Source: Myxococcota bacterium
Lineage (GTDB): Bacteria; Myxococcota; UBA4151
NCBI GenBank assembly: GCA_036338695.1
Contig: JAYZBQ010000088.1
Coordinates: forward strand, 1 to 53,496
Length of the DNA: 53,496 nt
Direction: 5' to 3'
Shown here: positions 18,901 to 27,842 of the stretch, piece by piece
How positions within the stretch are numbered: the stretch's first letter is position 1
Layout: each line of letters opens with the position of its first letter
Position numbers and translations under genes: made by a program
The notes under the pieces: generated by a model
Told to the model about the DNA's origin: nothing
Databases searched by the model: none
What the model saw: only the letters and a program-made list of their open reading frames with translations

Positions 18901-19760
18901 ACGTCACGGATTACGGCCCGATCACCAACTACGACGGCACGACCCTCCTCAAAGATTGGCCCTACACCTCGGGCGCTGCGCTCGACCTGACGGTCGCAGA
19001 CGCTCGCTACTACTCGACGGCGTGGTCGCGCGGTCGCAACAATGAGCGCAATTGCGGCTACTATTGGTACGACTGCCTGCATCACGTCGGGTTCTATCTC
19101 GACAAAGTGATGGCGATGTATGCGCTGAGTGACTCCGAGACCAACTACGTCGGGCGCTCTACCCCTGAGGATCTTCGAGAGTGGCAGATCGGATTTTATA
19201 CGACCTTCTCCGACCAGATCCATAAGCTCAACAACGCGATCATGGGTCAGGATTGGTCGGCGGTAGCGCCTTATCGTCAAGGCGGCGAGATGCGCTGGCC
19301 CAACTACGCCGGCGACCTGACAGCGACCCACTCTCAGCCGATCAATCCGTACGCAACGTTTACGGTCCAGCTCTACTGGCAGGTGCTCGGTTTGGCGCGT
19401 TTCCAAAGCACCTACAACCAGCGCTTCCATGAAGAGAGCCAGATTTGGGTTGAGGGGACCGCCAGCGCGCCGGAGCTCGCCCTCGAGGACAAAATCAGCT
19501 GGCGAGACCCGGTCAGTGGGACCGTCTACGCCGCACGGCGCGGCGACGACGGGCAGCCCTTTGGCGGGCAGCGCTTGCTCGAGCGCGCCGCCGACATGGA
19601 GCGGTACTCCACCTATTGCGAGGAGCAAGATTGCCCCGAGCCCGAGGGAGACTACACCCGTGACACGGTCTCGCTTGAGCTGCAAAAGGTGAGTCAGCTG
19701 ATCCGAGCGCTCTCGACGGTGCATGTGCAGATGGGCTTCGGGAATCCGTACTCGCCGTAG
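15930..19760 (+). CDS. Large lipoprotein zinc metalloprotease (metzincin; EcxA/DUF4953-like)
   Basis: MKRLLPLLTAGLIASC lipobox; HEVGHSIGLMHNF (HExxHxxGxxH) at about 17973-18011; Met-turn SVMDY; LGDIRHS and GLGPSNTDPETGEIISG motifs; Cys-rich inserts. Confidence 0.88.
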   Translation: MKRLLPLLTAGLIASCAQEQEPINRVQPNYVKKSDFSGLWYYGRTIVDVPAADGFTFVGDGSWTLKKVRFDIQENVLYIRRMTEFLKDGDDLVRSAQGAACTQDSDCATGTCMTNTGRCEVLPYEGEVVGAFRILKHFDIAQPYNAATGEKLNILSENAIDRPWNEREYMRVDWSRNQVVMADDGFDVQRTEPINYFVQDPKHPDAPKFVEKDEQLDYFDVTTRFFASAGTIDHPSYGKIPLCWFYDHQFQECGPGEYTLRNSFMRIKPGSQYEPRSYKGTESELFGYFETERLVYDRQEGIRHQNKEQLINRHNIWEKTVDENTGDPIPYGDRTGKPLVYHVNPGWPDEATDPVLNAAARSVADQWNTVFSDMVTQLGASLPAGGRMFVLCPNNPTRAGDPAECGGEGYFARLGDIRHSFMAYLPDYMTYGLLGLGPSNTDPETGEIISGMAYVYHHNDTAAWDVAEMIELLSGARDPNTFINGTNLEDWVERFNDNRRTRFSSRFGVDDAAHMIDKIVDSPAARALDARRRPPSEEDEEDQRRRGFKAWLADQMPTFVDAGLIRRKNGAARARLNSLVGTPVEGMLMQPDNYLGMGYGPEHELDDQALDRASVLRNGFGAELAHREKMFEEWAASRNMYTRGMADDALMGLAREYADANMTIYEIYDAVRTRIYTAVLAHEVGHSIGLMHNFGASDDALNYFPEYWEIRSQDGTVGPRVGANADEITDYEINNNLYNYAYTSVMDYAGTYTVDGTGLGSYDKAAIFWGYGNMVEVYDDHGDVEPSTLLDWWQDQGDVMTWANSGPTFYHYTNFWDEMGDKMYRPDNRIWVDAEDLVPETEAGRRNANYSRVLRGQHAGKLRIPYIYCSHGRSDLGDSCLTRDSGADPAERLKNILDKLDTWYITKNFPRGKVSSRYYWWNYVPRYYRRTYDRIKQWHDVYGLYKGFLPLYYDADQLRTFFSDAKNGWGTHTWGVQAGFNHLVKTILMPDVTDYGPITNYDGTTLLKDWPYTSGAALDLTVADARYYSTAWSRGRNNERNCGYYWYDCLHHVGFYLDKVMAMYALSDSETNYVGRSTPEDLREWQIGFYTTFSDQIHKLNNAIMGQDWSAVAPYRQGGEMRWPNYAGDLTATHSQPINPYATFTVQLYWQVLGLARFQSTYNQRFHEESQIWVEGTASAPELALEDKISWRDPVSGTVYAARRGDDGQPFGGQRLLERAADMERYSTYCEEQDCPEPEGDYTRDTVSLELQKVSQLIRALSTVHVQMGFGNPYSP

Positions 19761-19770
19761 GAGGTCTTCG

Positions 19771-22014
19771 GTGATGGGTGACACGCTCAGGGCATTGGTT
19801 GCGTGGGCGGCGACGGTGTGGATCTTGGGCTCGTCCGCACCGGCAGCGGCCATCGTCAATGGGCAGCCGCCCGCAGCGGAAGACCGCCGCTTTGATGCGG
19901 TCGGCGCATGGTCTCGAGCTCGCTGGCTTGGGTTGGGCGAGCAGCCGCAGCATGAGCACAATTGGTTTGGTGGCGCCGTGCTGGTGCGCGCCAATTTGGT
20001 CGTCACCGCCAAGCATCTTTGCGAGAACCCGGAGGTGCCTTCCGGGACCTATGCGGTGCGATTTCGGCGCCGCATCGACGGCGGCCTCGGCAGCCGCGAG
20101 CAGGGGGTGTTCTCCTACCATCACGTCCTCGTCGACCGGATCGAGCATGGTCCGGGTGATCTCGCGCTGGCATACCTCGCTGAGCCGGTCACCCACATCG
20201 AACCGGTTCCCGTCATGCAGATGGGCTTTCTCGGCCTTGATGGCGCCCCCTATACCTCGGCCGGTTGGGGTCGAGAGGGCCCTGAAATGGAGGCTGGGCC
20301 GCGCAATCAGCTCCTCCTGTGCGCACAGAACCGACTCAGGCGCGTCGCTCTGCGCAGCGTCAGCTATCCCGGGTTCAACAGTCGGCCTGAGCCGCCGTGT
20401 AAGGTCAACGAGTGGGACTCGGGCGGTGCGGTGTTTGTGGAAGAGCAAGATCGGCTCTGGTTGCTTGCGACGCACCACACGTTTAATGGCGGCCCAACCT
20501 TTTACCCCTGGCTTCAGCAGCAACCGCCGCAGCTCTTGCACACCCCCTTTACGCAGCCCGACTTAGCGCTTGAAGCGCTTGAGTGGGAGGGCAGGCGAGA
20601 CGTCTTGCGCGGCGAGCGGCAGCGCGTCGACCTGCTGCTCTCCAACCCAGGACCGCAACGACGAGGCGCCGAGCGCGGTGAGGTGGTGATCGAGCTTACC
20701 TCCGTGGGTCAGGACGTCGTGACCGAGGTTCATCGCGCCAGCCTCCCGCGCAACCTACGCGCACGGCAGCTGCGCACGGAGTCGCTCTCGTTTGCCCTGC
20801 CTGAGGACTTATCCGTGGGGCTGTATCGCCTGAGCGCCCGCCTCGACGGCATGGGGGAGGCGGACCTCACTCGGAACAATAGGCTCGAGCTTGACGACGT
20901 GATCACCGTGCGAAGCCGTCCGCAGCCCTTTCGTCGCTTGGGCGTCGGCGCCGCCGTGCGCGTGCAGGGCGGAGGGCAGGTGCAGATCGTCAATGTGCTC
21001 GCCATCGAGCGCAGCCATGGTCGCCAAGGTGTTTACGCCTTTGGCGACTGGATGGGTGGGGCTGAGCATTTTGCGCAGCTCGTCCGTGATCTCCCTACAG
21101 GTCAGACCGAGCTTGAGACGCCCTGGGGCTTGTTCGCCATCGACCTAAGTCAGGCCTCGCTGACCCCCCCTCAGGGCTTCGAGGGGCAACTCTTCGTGGG
21201 CGATGAGGGCGACTACAGCCCGTTCTCGGGGCTGTATGAGACCATGTTGCCGGGGGGCGATCACGTGATCGTCGGGCTGACGGCTACCGGTCTTTTGAGC
21301 GGCGCTGTGATGCGAGAGGGCGGCGTCGAGCTGGTGAGTGTCCGTTTTCAAGACGGCGCCTTGCGCGCCGTAGCTGCCGAGGGGTTTTCAGCCTTTCAAG
21401 CGGTCGAACTCGTCTGGGATGAGGCGACGGATACGCCTCAGCTGGTCTTTATCCACGAGGAGGATGAGCGGAGCTCGGTGGCGCGTGAGGAGGAGCCGGT
21501 TGCGCCCTATGGAGCCTGCGCTGATGTCGCGCCGTGCCGTGCGTACGCTGGCGATGAGTCGAGCCGTTGTTATCGAGCGCTCGGTCAAGCCGTCGGCGTC
21601 TGTGTGCCGGGCGCCTGTGAAGCCGATCCCGGGCGCTGCGGCGACCCTGGGGTATGCCTTGAGGCGCTCGGGCATTGTGTGCCCGTGTGCGAAGCGGGTG
21701 ACGCCTGCCCGCTTGCGATGACGTGTACCGACGCCAGCCTCTGCATCGACTGTGAGCAGAACCCGAGCTTATGTCAGGTACCCGACGCGGGAGCGACCGC
21801 CGACGCCGGCGTTGCTGTCGATGGGAGCGCAGCCGATGGGAGCTCCCGAGGCCGCGACGACGCAGGCTCGGGCGGCGGCGACGCAGCTCTCGTTGATGCA
21901 GGTCTGGACCCAGCGGTCCCTCAGGCGGGGTGTTCATGCGGTGCCGCAGCAGGGCTTGAGTGCGCCGGTTTGCTGCTCTTGGGCGGTCTGGTTCGACGAA
22001 GGAGGAGTCGATGA
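19771..22014 (+). CDS. Secreted trypsin-like (S1) serine protease with a CARDB/Ig-like domain, Cys-rich repeats and a MYXO-CTERM tail
   Basis: Signal peptide then IVNG; triad in TAKH, GDLALAYL and WDSGG; PDL...NN CARDB-like segment; Cys-rich region; DAG linker; GCSCGAAAG...LLLLGGLVRRRRSR. Confidence 0.8.
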   Translation: MMGDTLRALVAWAATVWILGSSAPAAAIVNGQPPAAEDRRFDAVGAWSRARWLGLGEQPQHEHNWFGGAVLVRANLVVTAKHLCENPEVPSGTYAVRFRRRIDGGLGSREQGVFSYHHVLVDRIEHGPGDLALAYLAEPVTHIEPVPVMQMGFLGLDGAPYTSAGWGREGPEMEAGPRNQLLLCAQNRLRRVALRSVSYPGFNSRPEPPCKVNEWDSGGAVFVEEQDRLWLLATHHTFNGGPTFYPWLQQQPPQLLHTPFTQPDLALEALEWEGRRDVLRGERQRVDLLLSNPGPQRRGAERGEVVIELTSVGQDVVTEVHRASLPRNLRARQLRTESLSFALPEDLSVGLYRLSARLDGMGEADLTRNNRLELDDVITVRSRPQPFRRLGVGAAVRVQGGGQVQIVNVLAIERSHGRQGVYAFGDWMGGAEHFAQLVRDLPTGQTELETPWGLFAIDLSQASLTPPQGFEGQLFVGDEGDYSPFSGLYETMLPGGDHVIVGLTATGLLSGAVMREGGVELVSVRFQDGALRAVAAEGFSAFQAVELVWDEATDTPQLVFIHEEDERSSVAREEEPVAPYGACADVAPCRAYAGDESSRCYRALGQAVGVCVPGACEADPGRCGDPGVCLEALGHCVPVCEAGDACPLAMTCTDASLCIDCEQNPSLCQVPDAGATADAGVAVDGSAADGSSRGRDDAGSGGGDAALVDAGLDPAVPQAGCSCGAAAGLECAGLLLLGGLVRRRRSR

Positions 22015-23255
22015 TTCGAAGCTCCGTGTTCCTTGCGATTCTTGGGTGCGCAGCGATGGGCTGCAGCGCTGAGGAGCCGGATGGCGACGGGGTCGTCGAG
22101 ACGCCGACCTGGTATGACGATGTGGCGCCCATCCTGGCGAGGCACTGTCAGCGTTGCCACGAGGAGGGTGGGATCGCCCCCTTTCCCTTGATGAGTTATG
22201 CGCAGTCGCAGCCGCTGTCGGCGCTGATCGCTGCGAGCACCGCGGCGCGCCGGATGCCGCCCTTTCTTGCCGACAACTCGGGTGACTGTAACCATTTTGT
22301 CGACGCGAACTGGCTGAGCGATCAAGACCTCGAGACGCTCTCTCGCTGGCACGCAACCGGCGCTCAAGAGGGCGCGTCCAAAGAAGTGCCGGCAGCGCCG
22401 AAGCTGCCGTCAATCGAGCAGCCTGACCTCGTGGTTGAGATGTCTGAACCCTACCTGCCGGATTCTGAAAAAAGCGATGATTATCGATGCTTTCTCCTTG
22501 ACCCGGGGCTTGATCGTGAGCGCTACGTGACACGGTATGAGGTGGTCCCTGGCGATCCGCGCGTGGTGCATCACGTGATCCTGTACGCGGCGCGCGATCG
22601 AGCAGCTGAGGCGATGGCGCAAGAGTTGACCGATGAGCAGCCACGCGCAGGCTATGATTGTTACGGCGGCGCGGGCGTGCCCTCGACCATGATCGCGGCG
22701 TGGGCTCCGGGAACTGGGGCGACGAGCTTTCCGGCGGGGACCGGGTTGCCCTTGCGTGCGCACGGGCAGCTGATCATGCAGATCCACTACAACATGGCGA
22801 GCGGAAGCTTTCCGGACCAAACCGCGATTAAACTCTCGCTGAAAGACCAAGTCGCACGACCTGGAAGGATGAGTGTGTTCGGCAACAACGACCTCAGCAT
22901 TCCGCCGGGACTGAGCGAGCATGTGGAGTCCCAGAGCGTCGAGCTACGCCGCGTGGGTGTGCGTACGCCGCGTCTGCTTTGGGGGATCCTGCCGCACATG
23001 CACGAGATCGGCGTCAGCTATCAGCTCGAGAAGATCTCTGGCAACCAGACGATGTGCCTGATGAACGTTCGCCGCTGGGACTTTAATTGGCAGCTCAGTT
23101 ACTTCCTCGAAGAGCCGATTCGGCTCGAGCCAGGTGACTCGCTTCGGACGACCTGCCGTTTTGACTCACGGAGCCGCACCGAGGTCACCCGCTTCGGTGA
23201 AGACACTGACGACGAGATGTGCCTGGCGCTCGTGTTCACGACCGAGGCGGACTGA
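22011..23255 (+). CDS. Lipoprotein with a haem c (CxxCH) domain fused to a copper type II (PHM/DBM-like) monooxygenase
   Basis: AMGC lipobox; CQRCH at 22146-22160; VVHHVILY, QIHY, PHMH and DEMC supply the five His and one Met copper ligands; ATGA-coupled. Confidence 0.85.
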   Translation: MIRSSVFLAILGCAAMGCSAEEPDGDGVVETPTWYDDVAPILARHCQRCHEEGGIAPFPLMSYAQSQPLSALIAASTAARRMPPFLADNSGDCNHFVDANWLSDQDLETLSRWHATGAQEGASKEVPAAPKLPSIEQPDLVVEMSEPYLPDSEKSDDYRCFLLDPGLDRERYVTRYEVVPGDPRVVHHVILYAARDRAAEAMAQELTDEQPRAGYDCYGGAGVPSTMIAAWAPGTGATSFPAGTGLPLRAHGQLIMQIHYNMASGSFPDQTAIKLSLKDQVARPGRMSVFGNNDLSIPPGLSEHVESQSVELRRVGVRTPRLLWGILPHMHEIGVSYQLEKISGNQTMCLMNVRRWDFNWQLSYFLEEPIRLEPGDSLRTTCRFDSRSRTEVTRFGEDTDDEMCLALVFTTEAD

Positions 23256-23256
23256 T

Positions 23257-26124
23257 TCAGTCCGTCTCGAGCGCTTCGCCGTACGCAGAGAGCGGCGGAC
23301 AGGTGCAGATCAGGTTGCGGTCGCCAAAGGCCTCGTCGATGCGCGACACGGTCGGCCAGAACTTACTCTGACGCGTCGCCGTGGTCGGAAAGGCCGCCCG
23401 GTCTCGGCTGTAGCTACGGTCCCAGTCACCACAGATGACCTGAGCGCTATGGGGAGCGCCTCGCAGGACTGAGCGCTCCGCCTCAACAACCCCTGCCTCG
23501 ACCTCGGCGATCTCGGCTCGGATGCCCTTCATCGCCTCGATAAACCGGTCCAGCTCAGCCTTGGACTCGCTCTCGGTCGGCTCGACCATCAGCGTGCCGG
23601 CGACTGGGAAGCTCATCGTCGGGCTGTGGAAGCCGTAGTCCATCAACCGCTTGGCGACGTCGACAACGTCTACGTGGCAAGACTTCTTGATGTTGCGGAT
23701 GTCGAGGATGAACTCATGCGCCACGTAGCCCTTCTCACCTTGATACAAGAGCTCGTAGTCGTCGCGTAGGGCGTAGGCGAGGTAGTTGGCGTTGAGGATC
23801 GCGACCTGGCTTGAGCGCAGAAGCCCTTCGGCGCCGAGCATGCGGAGATACATCCACGAGATCGGCAACACGCCGGCGCTGCCCCATGGCGCAGCGCTGA
23901 TCGGTCCGATGCTCTGCGCCCCGGTGATCGACGACTCCAGTGGGTGCCCCGGCAGATGCGGGGCGAGGTGTTCAGCGACCGCAATCGGTCCGATCCCCGG
24001 GCCACCCCCACCGTGCGGGATGGCGAAGGTCTTGTGGAGGTTCAGGTGCATGACGTCGGCGCCGTAATCGCCAGGACGGCACAAGCCGACTTGGGCGTTC
24101 ATGTTGGCGCCGTCCATGTAGACCTGACCGCCGTGCTCGTGCACGAGCTCACACAGGCGGACGATCCCTGCCTCAAACACGCCGTGCGTGCTTGGGTAGG
24201 TAACCATGATCGCAGCGAGATTTTCCGAGTGTTTACGGCATTGCTCGTCGAGATCCGCCAGGTCGACGTTGCCGTGGTCGTCGCACTTGACCAGCGCGAC
24301 CTTAAGCCCAGCCATCACCGCAGACGCCGGGTTCGTACCGTGGGCAGACTCGGGGATCAGGCAGATGTTACGGTGCGCCTCGCCTCGGCCCTCATGATAC
24401 GCTTTGATGACCAGCATGCCCGCATACTCCCCTTGCGACCCCGCGTTGGGTTGGAGGCTGACACCGGGTAAGCCGGTGATCTCACCGAGCATCGCCTCGA
24501 TGTCGGCGAACATGGCGCGGTAGCCTCTGCTCTGCTCGGCGGGGGCGAAGGGGTGAAGCTGACCGAACTCCGGCCAGGTCACCGGGAGCATCTCGGAGGT
24601 GGCGTTGAGCTTCATGGTGCACGAACCGAGCGGGATCATGGAGCCCGTCAGGCTCAAGTCTTTAGCCTGCAAGCGGTGCAGGTAGCGGAGCATGTCGGTC
24701 TCGCTGTGATAGCGCGTAAACACCTCATGACTCAGCACGGGCTCAACGCGCTCCACCGTACCAAACTCAGCCGGACCTTGGGCGACCAGCGAGCCGTCGC
24801 CACCGAAGACCCGAAGGAGCGCAGCCACGTCCTCCTCGAGCGTGGTCTCATCGAGCGAGATACCGATCGTCGACTCAGAGCTCTTGCGCAGGTTGTAGCC
24901 GGCCTGCCGGGCGGCCTTGATCAGCTCATCGGTGCGCTCCCCAGTCGCCAGCGTGATCGTGTCGAAGAAGCTCTTGCGGGTGAGCTCAAAGCCGAGCGAC
25001 TCGAGCGCCTGAGCCAACGTCTGCGTGAGCGCGCTCACGCGCTGCGCGATGCGCTTGAGCCCCTCGGGGCCGTGGTAGACGGCGTACATGCTCGCCATGA
25101 TCGCAAGCAGCACCTGCGCCGTGCAGATGTTTGAGGTCGCGCGGTCGCGCCGGATGTGCTGCTCACGCGTCTGCAACGCCATACGCAGCGCAAGCCGTCC
25201 GTCGACGTCCTTGCTGATGCCGATGATCCGACCGGGGATGCGTCGCTTGAAGGCTTCGCTGGTCGCCATAAACGCAGCGTGAGGCCCCCCGAAACCTAAG
25301 GGGACACCGAACCGCTGGGTGCTGCCGATCGCCACGTCAGCGCCTAACGAGCCGGGCGACTCGAGCAGCACCTGCGCGAGGAGGTCACAGACGGTGATGA
25401 CGATGACACCCGCCTCCTTAGCCGCCGCAATGGTCTCGCGGTAATCGACGACTCCACCGTCGCTGCCAGGATAAGCGAGCAGCAGGCCAAAGGCTTGGTC
25501 GTCAAAGCGCATCTCGAGCGGGTCACCGACCACACAGTCGACCTCGATCGGAAGCGCCCGCGTCTGCACGCACGCGATGGTCTGCGGTTGGCAATTGGCG
25601 TCGACGAGAAAGCGTCGGCCGGTGCGCTTTTTGGCGCTTCGAAGCGCCAGGCTCATGGCCTCGGCTGCCGCCGTACCCTCATCGAGCAGCGAGGCGTTTG
25701 CGACCGGAAGACCGGTGAGCTCGGAGACCATGGTCTGAAAGTTCAGCAGCGCCTCAAGGCGCCCCTGGCTGATCTCTGCCTGATAGGGCGTGTATTGCGT
25801 ATACCACCCTGGGTTCTCCAGGACGTTTCGCTGAATGACGGGCGGCGTGTGCGTGCCGTAATAGCCCATGCCGATAAAGGATTTGAGCACCTCATTCTCG
25901 CCGATCATCGCACGGAGACGAGCGAGCGCCTCGGTCTCGGTGAGCGCCTCACCGCAGGCTGCGTCAAGCGCACCTCGGTAACGGATCCCTTCCGGCACCG
26001 CATGGTCGCAAAGATCCTCGAGGCTCGAGCGGCCGATGGCTTCGAGCATCTCTTGAATTTGGTGAGCGCTCGGACCGATGTGGCGGGGCCCGAAGGCGTC
26101 GATGGGCTTGAGTGATGCGTTCAT
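23257..26124 (-). CDS. gcvP: Glycine dehydrogenase (decarboxylating), single-chain P protein
   Basis: [38 protein letters not shown] and the PLP Lys in NLHKTF. Confidence 0.98.
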   Translation of the reverse strand: MNASLKPIDAFGPRHIGPSAHQIQEMLEAIGRSSLEDLCDHAVPEGIRYRGALDAACGEALTETEALARLRAMIGENEVLKSFIGMGYYGTHTPPVIQRNVLENPGWYTQYTPYQAEISQGRLEALLNFQTMVSELTGLPVANASLLDEGTAAAEAMSLALRSAKKRTGRRFLVDANCQPQTIACVQTRALPIEVDCVVGDPLEMRFDDQAFGLLLAYPGSDGGVVDYRETIAAAKEAGVIVITVCDLLAQVLLESPGSLGADVAIGSTQRFGVPLGFGGPHAAFMATSEAFKRRIPGRIIGISKDVDGRLALRMALQTREQHIRRDRATSNICTAQVLLAIMASMYAVYHGPEGLKRIAQRVSALTQTLAQALESLGFELTRKSFFDTITLATGERTDELIKAARQAGYNLRKSSESTIGISLDETTLEEDVAALLRVFGGDGSLVAQGPAEFGTVERVEPVLSHEVFTRYHSETDMLRYLHRLQAKDLSLTGSMIPLGSCTMKLNATSEMLPVTWPEFGQLHPFAPAEQSRGYRAMFADIEAMLGEITGLPGVSLQPNAGSQGEYAGMLVIKAYHEGRGEAHRNICLIPESAHGTNPASAVMAGLKVALVKCDDHGNVDLADLDEQCRKHSENLAAIMVTYPSTHGVFEAGIVRLCELVHEHGGQVYMDGANMNAQVGLCRPGDYGADVMHLNLHKTFAIPHGGGGPGIGPIAVAEHLAPHLPGHPLESSITGAQSIGPISAAPWGSAGVLPISWMYLRMLGAEGLLRSSQVAILNANYLAYALRDDYELLYQGEKGYVAHEFILDIRNIKKSCHVDVVDVAKRLMDYGFHSPTMSFPVAGTLMVEPTESESKAELDRFIEAMKGIRAEIAEVEAGVVEAERSVLRGAPHSAQVICGDWDRSYSRDRAAFPTTATRQSKFWPTVSRIDEAFGDRNLICTCPPLSAYGEALETD

Positions 26125-26192
26125 CGTCAGTCATCCCCTGAGGCTTGCGTCGCCCCTACGGGGCGCTCCGTACAGGGACAACAGGTGAGACG

Positions 26193-27155
26193 CTAGTTCA
26201 TTTGCGCAGGCTGATGAGGCTTGCCTTGTGTGAGCTCACGATAGATCGCCTCGCTGTCCGTCAGGCCGCGTTGACGCAAGCGTTTGGCGTCTGCGCGCGC
26301 CGCGTCGATGAGGCGCAAAAATTGACGGATTGGCTGGGCGCCTCGCAGCCTTCGCCCGTTGATGAAGAACCCCGGAGTTCCTCGTGCCCCCCGGCTGCGC
26401 GCAAGCTCTTTTTGCCTGGCCACTTCCTGCGCCAGCGCCGGGTCGGCGAGGTCGGCTCTGAACCGCTTGAGATCGAGTCCTGTCTCAAGCGCCAGCGCCT
26501 CAAGGCGCCGATCGCTTAGGTCACCGGGCTTCTTCATGAGCTTTTTGTGATAGGCCCAAAAGCCACCTTGCCGCTGCGCTGCGAGCACGGCGCGCGCCGC
26601 CGGTTCGGCGCGCTTATGGAAGGCGAGCGGGTTGTTGACGAATACAAAGCGGATGTCGCCACCTTGTTGTGTTCGGATCTGTTCCAGCGTGCTTTGCACG
26701 CGCCGACAAAACGGGCACTCGTAGTCGCTGATCTCGACGATGGTGACATTAAACTCGCCGTTCGCCGGGGTGAGGGTCGGCAGACCGTCGATCGGGACGT
26801 AGGTCCGGTTCGCCATCCGCTTGGCTTTGGTCAGACAGGCTTGAACTTGGGGGCTGTCGCAATCGATGGGAGCTGGAGCAGCCTTGGGGCGTATGACCTC
26901 GGCCGCCTCAGGTTCAGCCTCTTTCGGAGCAGTGGGCGCTGCCGGTGGCTGTTTGAGCGCAGGGGCTTCTTGACCTGCCTGAGCGGCGCAAACGCAGGCG
27001 CGGTAGACCCCGCCCTCGAAGGGCGCCGCGCGCAGACCGAGCGCCGGCTGATCGATCGCGTCACAAAAGGTCTCGCAGGCTGCGAGCTCAGCGCTCAAGG
27101 GATCGTCTGCCAGCGCCGTCGCGCTGACGAAGAAAATCAGAGGGAGGGTCCTCAT
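26193..27155 (-). CDS. Exported DsbA-family thioredoxin-fold protein
   Basis: Signal peptide; SDYECPFC active site; GTPGFFING cis-Pro loop. Confidence 0.88.
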   Translation of the reverse strand: MRTLPLIFFVSATALADDPLSAELAACETFCDAIDQPALGLRAAPFEGGVYRACVCAAQAGQEAPALKQPPAAPTAPKEAEPEAAEVIRPKAAPAPIDCDSPQVQACLTKAKRMANRTYVPIDGLPTLTPANGEFNVTIVEISDYECPFCRRVQSTLEQIRTQQGGDIRFVFVNNPLAFHKRAEPAARAVLAAQRQGGFWAYHKKLMKKPGDLSDRRLEALALETGLDLKRFRADLADPALAQEVARQKELARSRGARGTPGFFINGRRLRGAQPIRQFLRLIDAARADAKRLRQRGLTDSEAIYRELTQGKPHQPAQMN

Positions 27156-27176
27156 AGCGTCTGTGTCCTCTCCGGT

Positions 27177-27842
27177 TTAGGTGGGGTCGAGCTCATCACC
27201 GTCAAGGGCGCGCCCGAGCTCGGGTGAGCCAAAGAGCACCTGCGCCTGCGCACCCTCTTTGTAGGTCGGTAGGACGGGCTTTCCCGTGGGGGCGCCTTCG
27301 GTCAGCGCAAGCGCCCGGAGCGGGTCGATATGAGCTGCACGCTCGAGCGCTGACATCCCTTCGCTGAGCTCAGGGTAGCGCTTTGAGGCGTTGCCGTGGA
27401 GCAAGTTGGCTCGCGTCTTGAGCTCGAGCGCTGCCGATACATCCATGGCTTGCGGCGGGACGCTCCACACCTCGCCCGCGCGCAAGCCAACGTAGGCTCG
27501 TCCTTGCCGCGCGTCGAAGGCATAAAGCGTAGGTTCAGCGCTCAGCGGTAGGGCATCAAAGGTCGAGAAACCCACTAGGTCGGCGCTGGCTCCTTGCGCG
27601 ATCCCGGTGGCGGTCGCGAGCGCTACGCGCAGTCCGGTGAAGCTTCCCGGCCCTTGCCCGACGCCGATACGATCGAGCTGCTCGGCTTTGACATTCGCTT
27701 CAGCCAACAAGCGCTCGAGCTCGGCGATGATGCTCAGGGCGTGACTTCGCTGAGGCCCAAACTGCCGCATCAGTATGCGCTCGCCGTCGCTCAGGGCGAT
27801 CACCGCATCAGGGAAGGCGCAGTCGATGGCGAGACAGATCAT
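27177..27842 (-). CDS. tsaB: tRNA threonylcarbamoyladenosine biosynthesis protein TsaB
   Basis: LAID, SH, GPGSFTGLRV and DARQG motifs. Confidence 0.92.
   Translation of the reverse strand: MICLAIDCAFPDAVIALSDGERILMRQFGPQRSHALSIIAELERLLAEANVKAEQLDRIGVGQGPGSFTGLRVALATATGIAQGASADLVGFSTFDALPLSAEPTLYAFDARQGRAYVGLRAGEVWSVPPQAMDVSAALELKTRANLLHGNASKRYPELSEGMSALERAAHIDPLRALALTEGAPTGKPVLPTYKEGAQAQVLFGSPELGRALDGDELDPT

Noticed and set aside
16038..20012. Long antisense ORFs (821 aa and 445 aa) opposite the metalloprotease
   Set aside because: Shadow frames expected from strong GC3 bias; no motifs, and the sense gene is clearly real.
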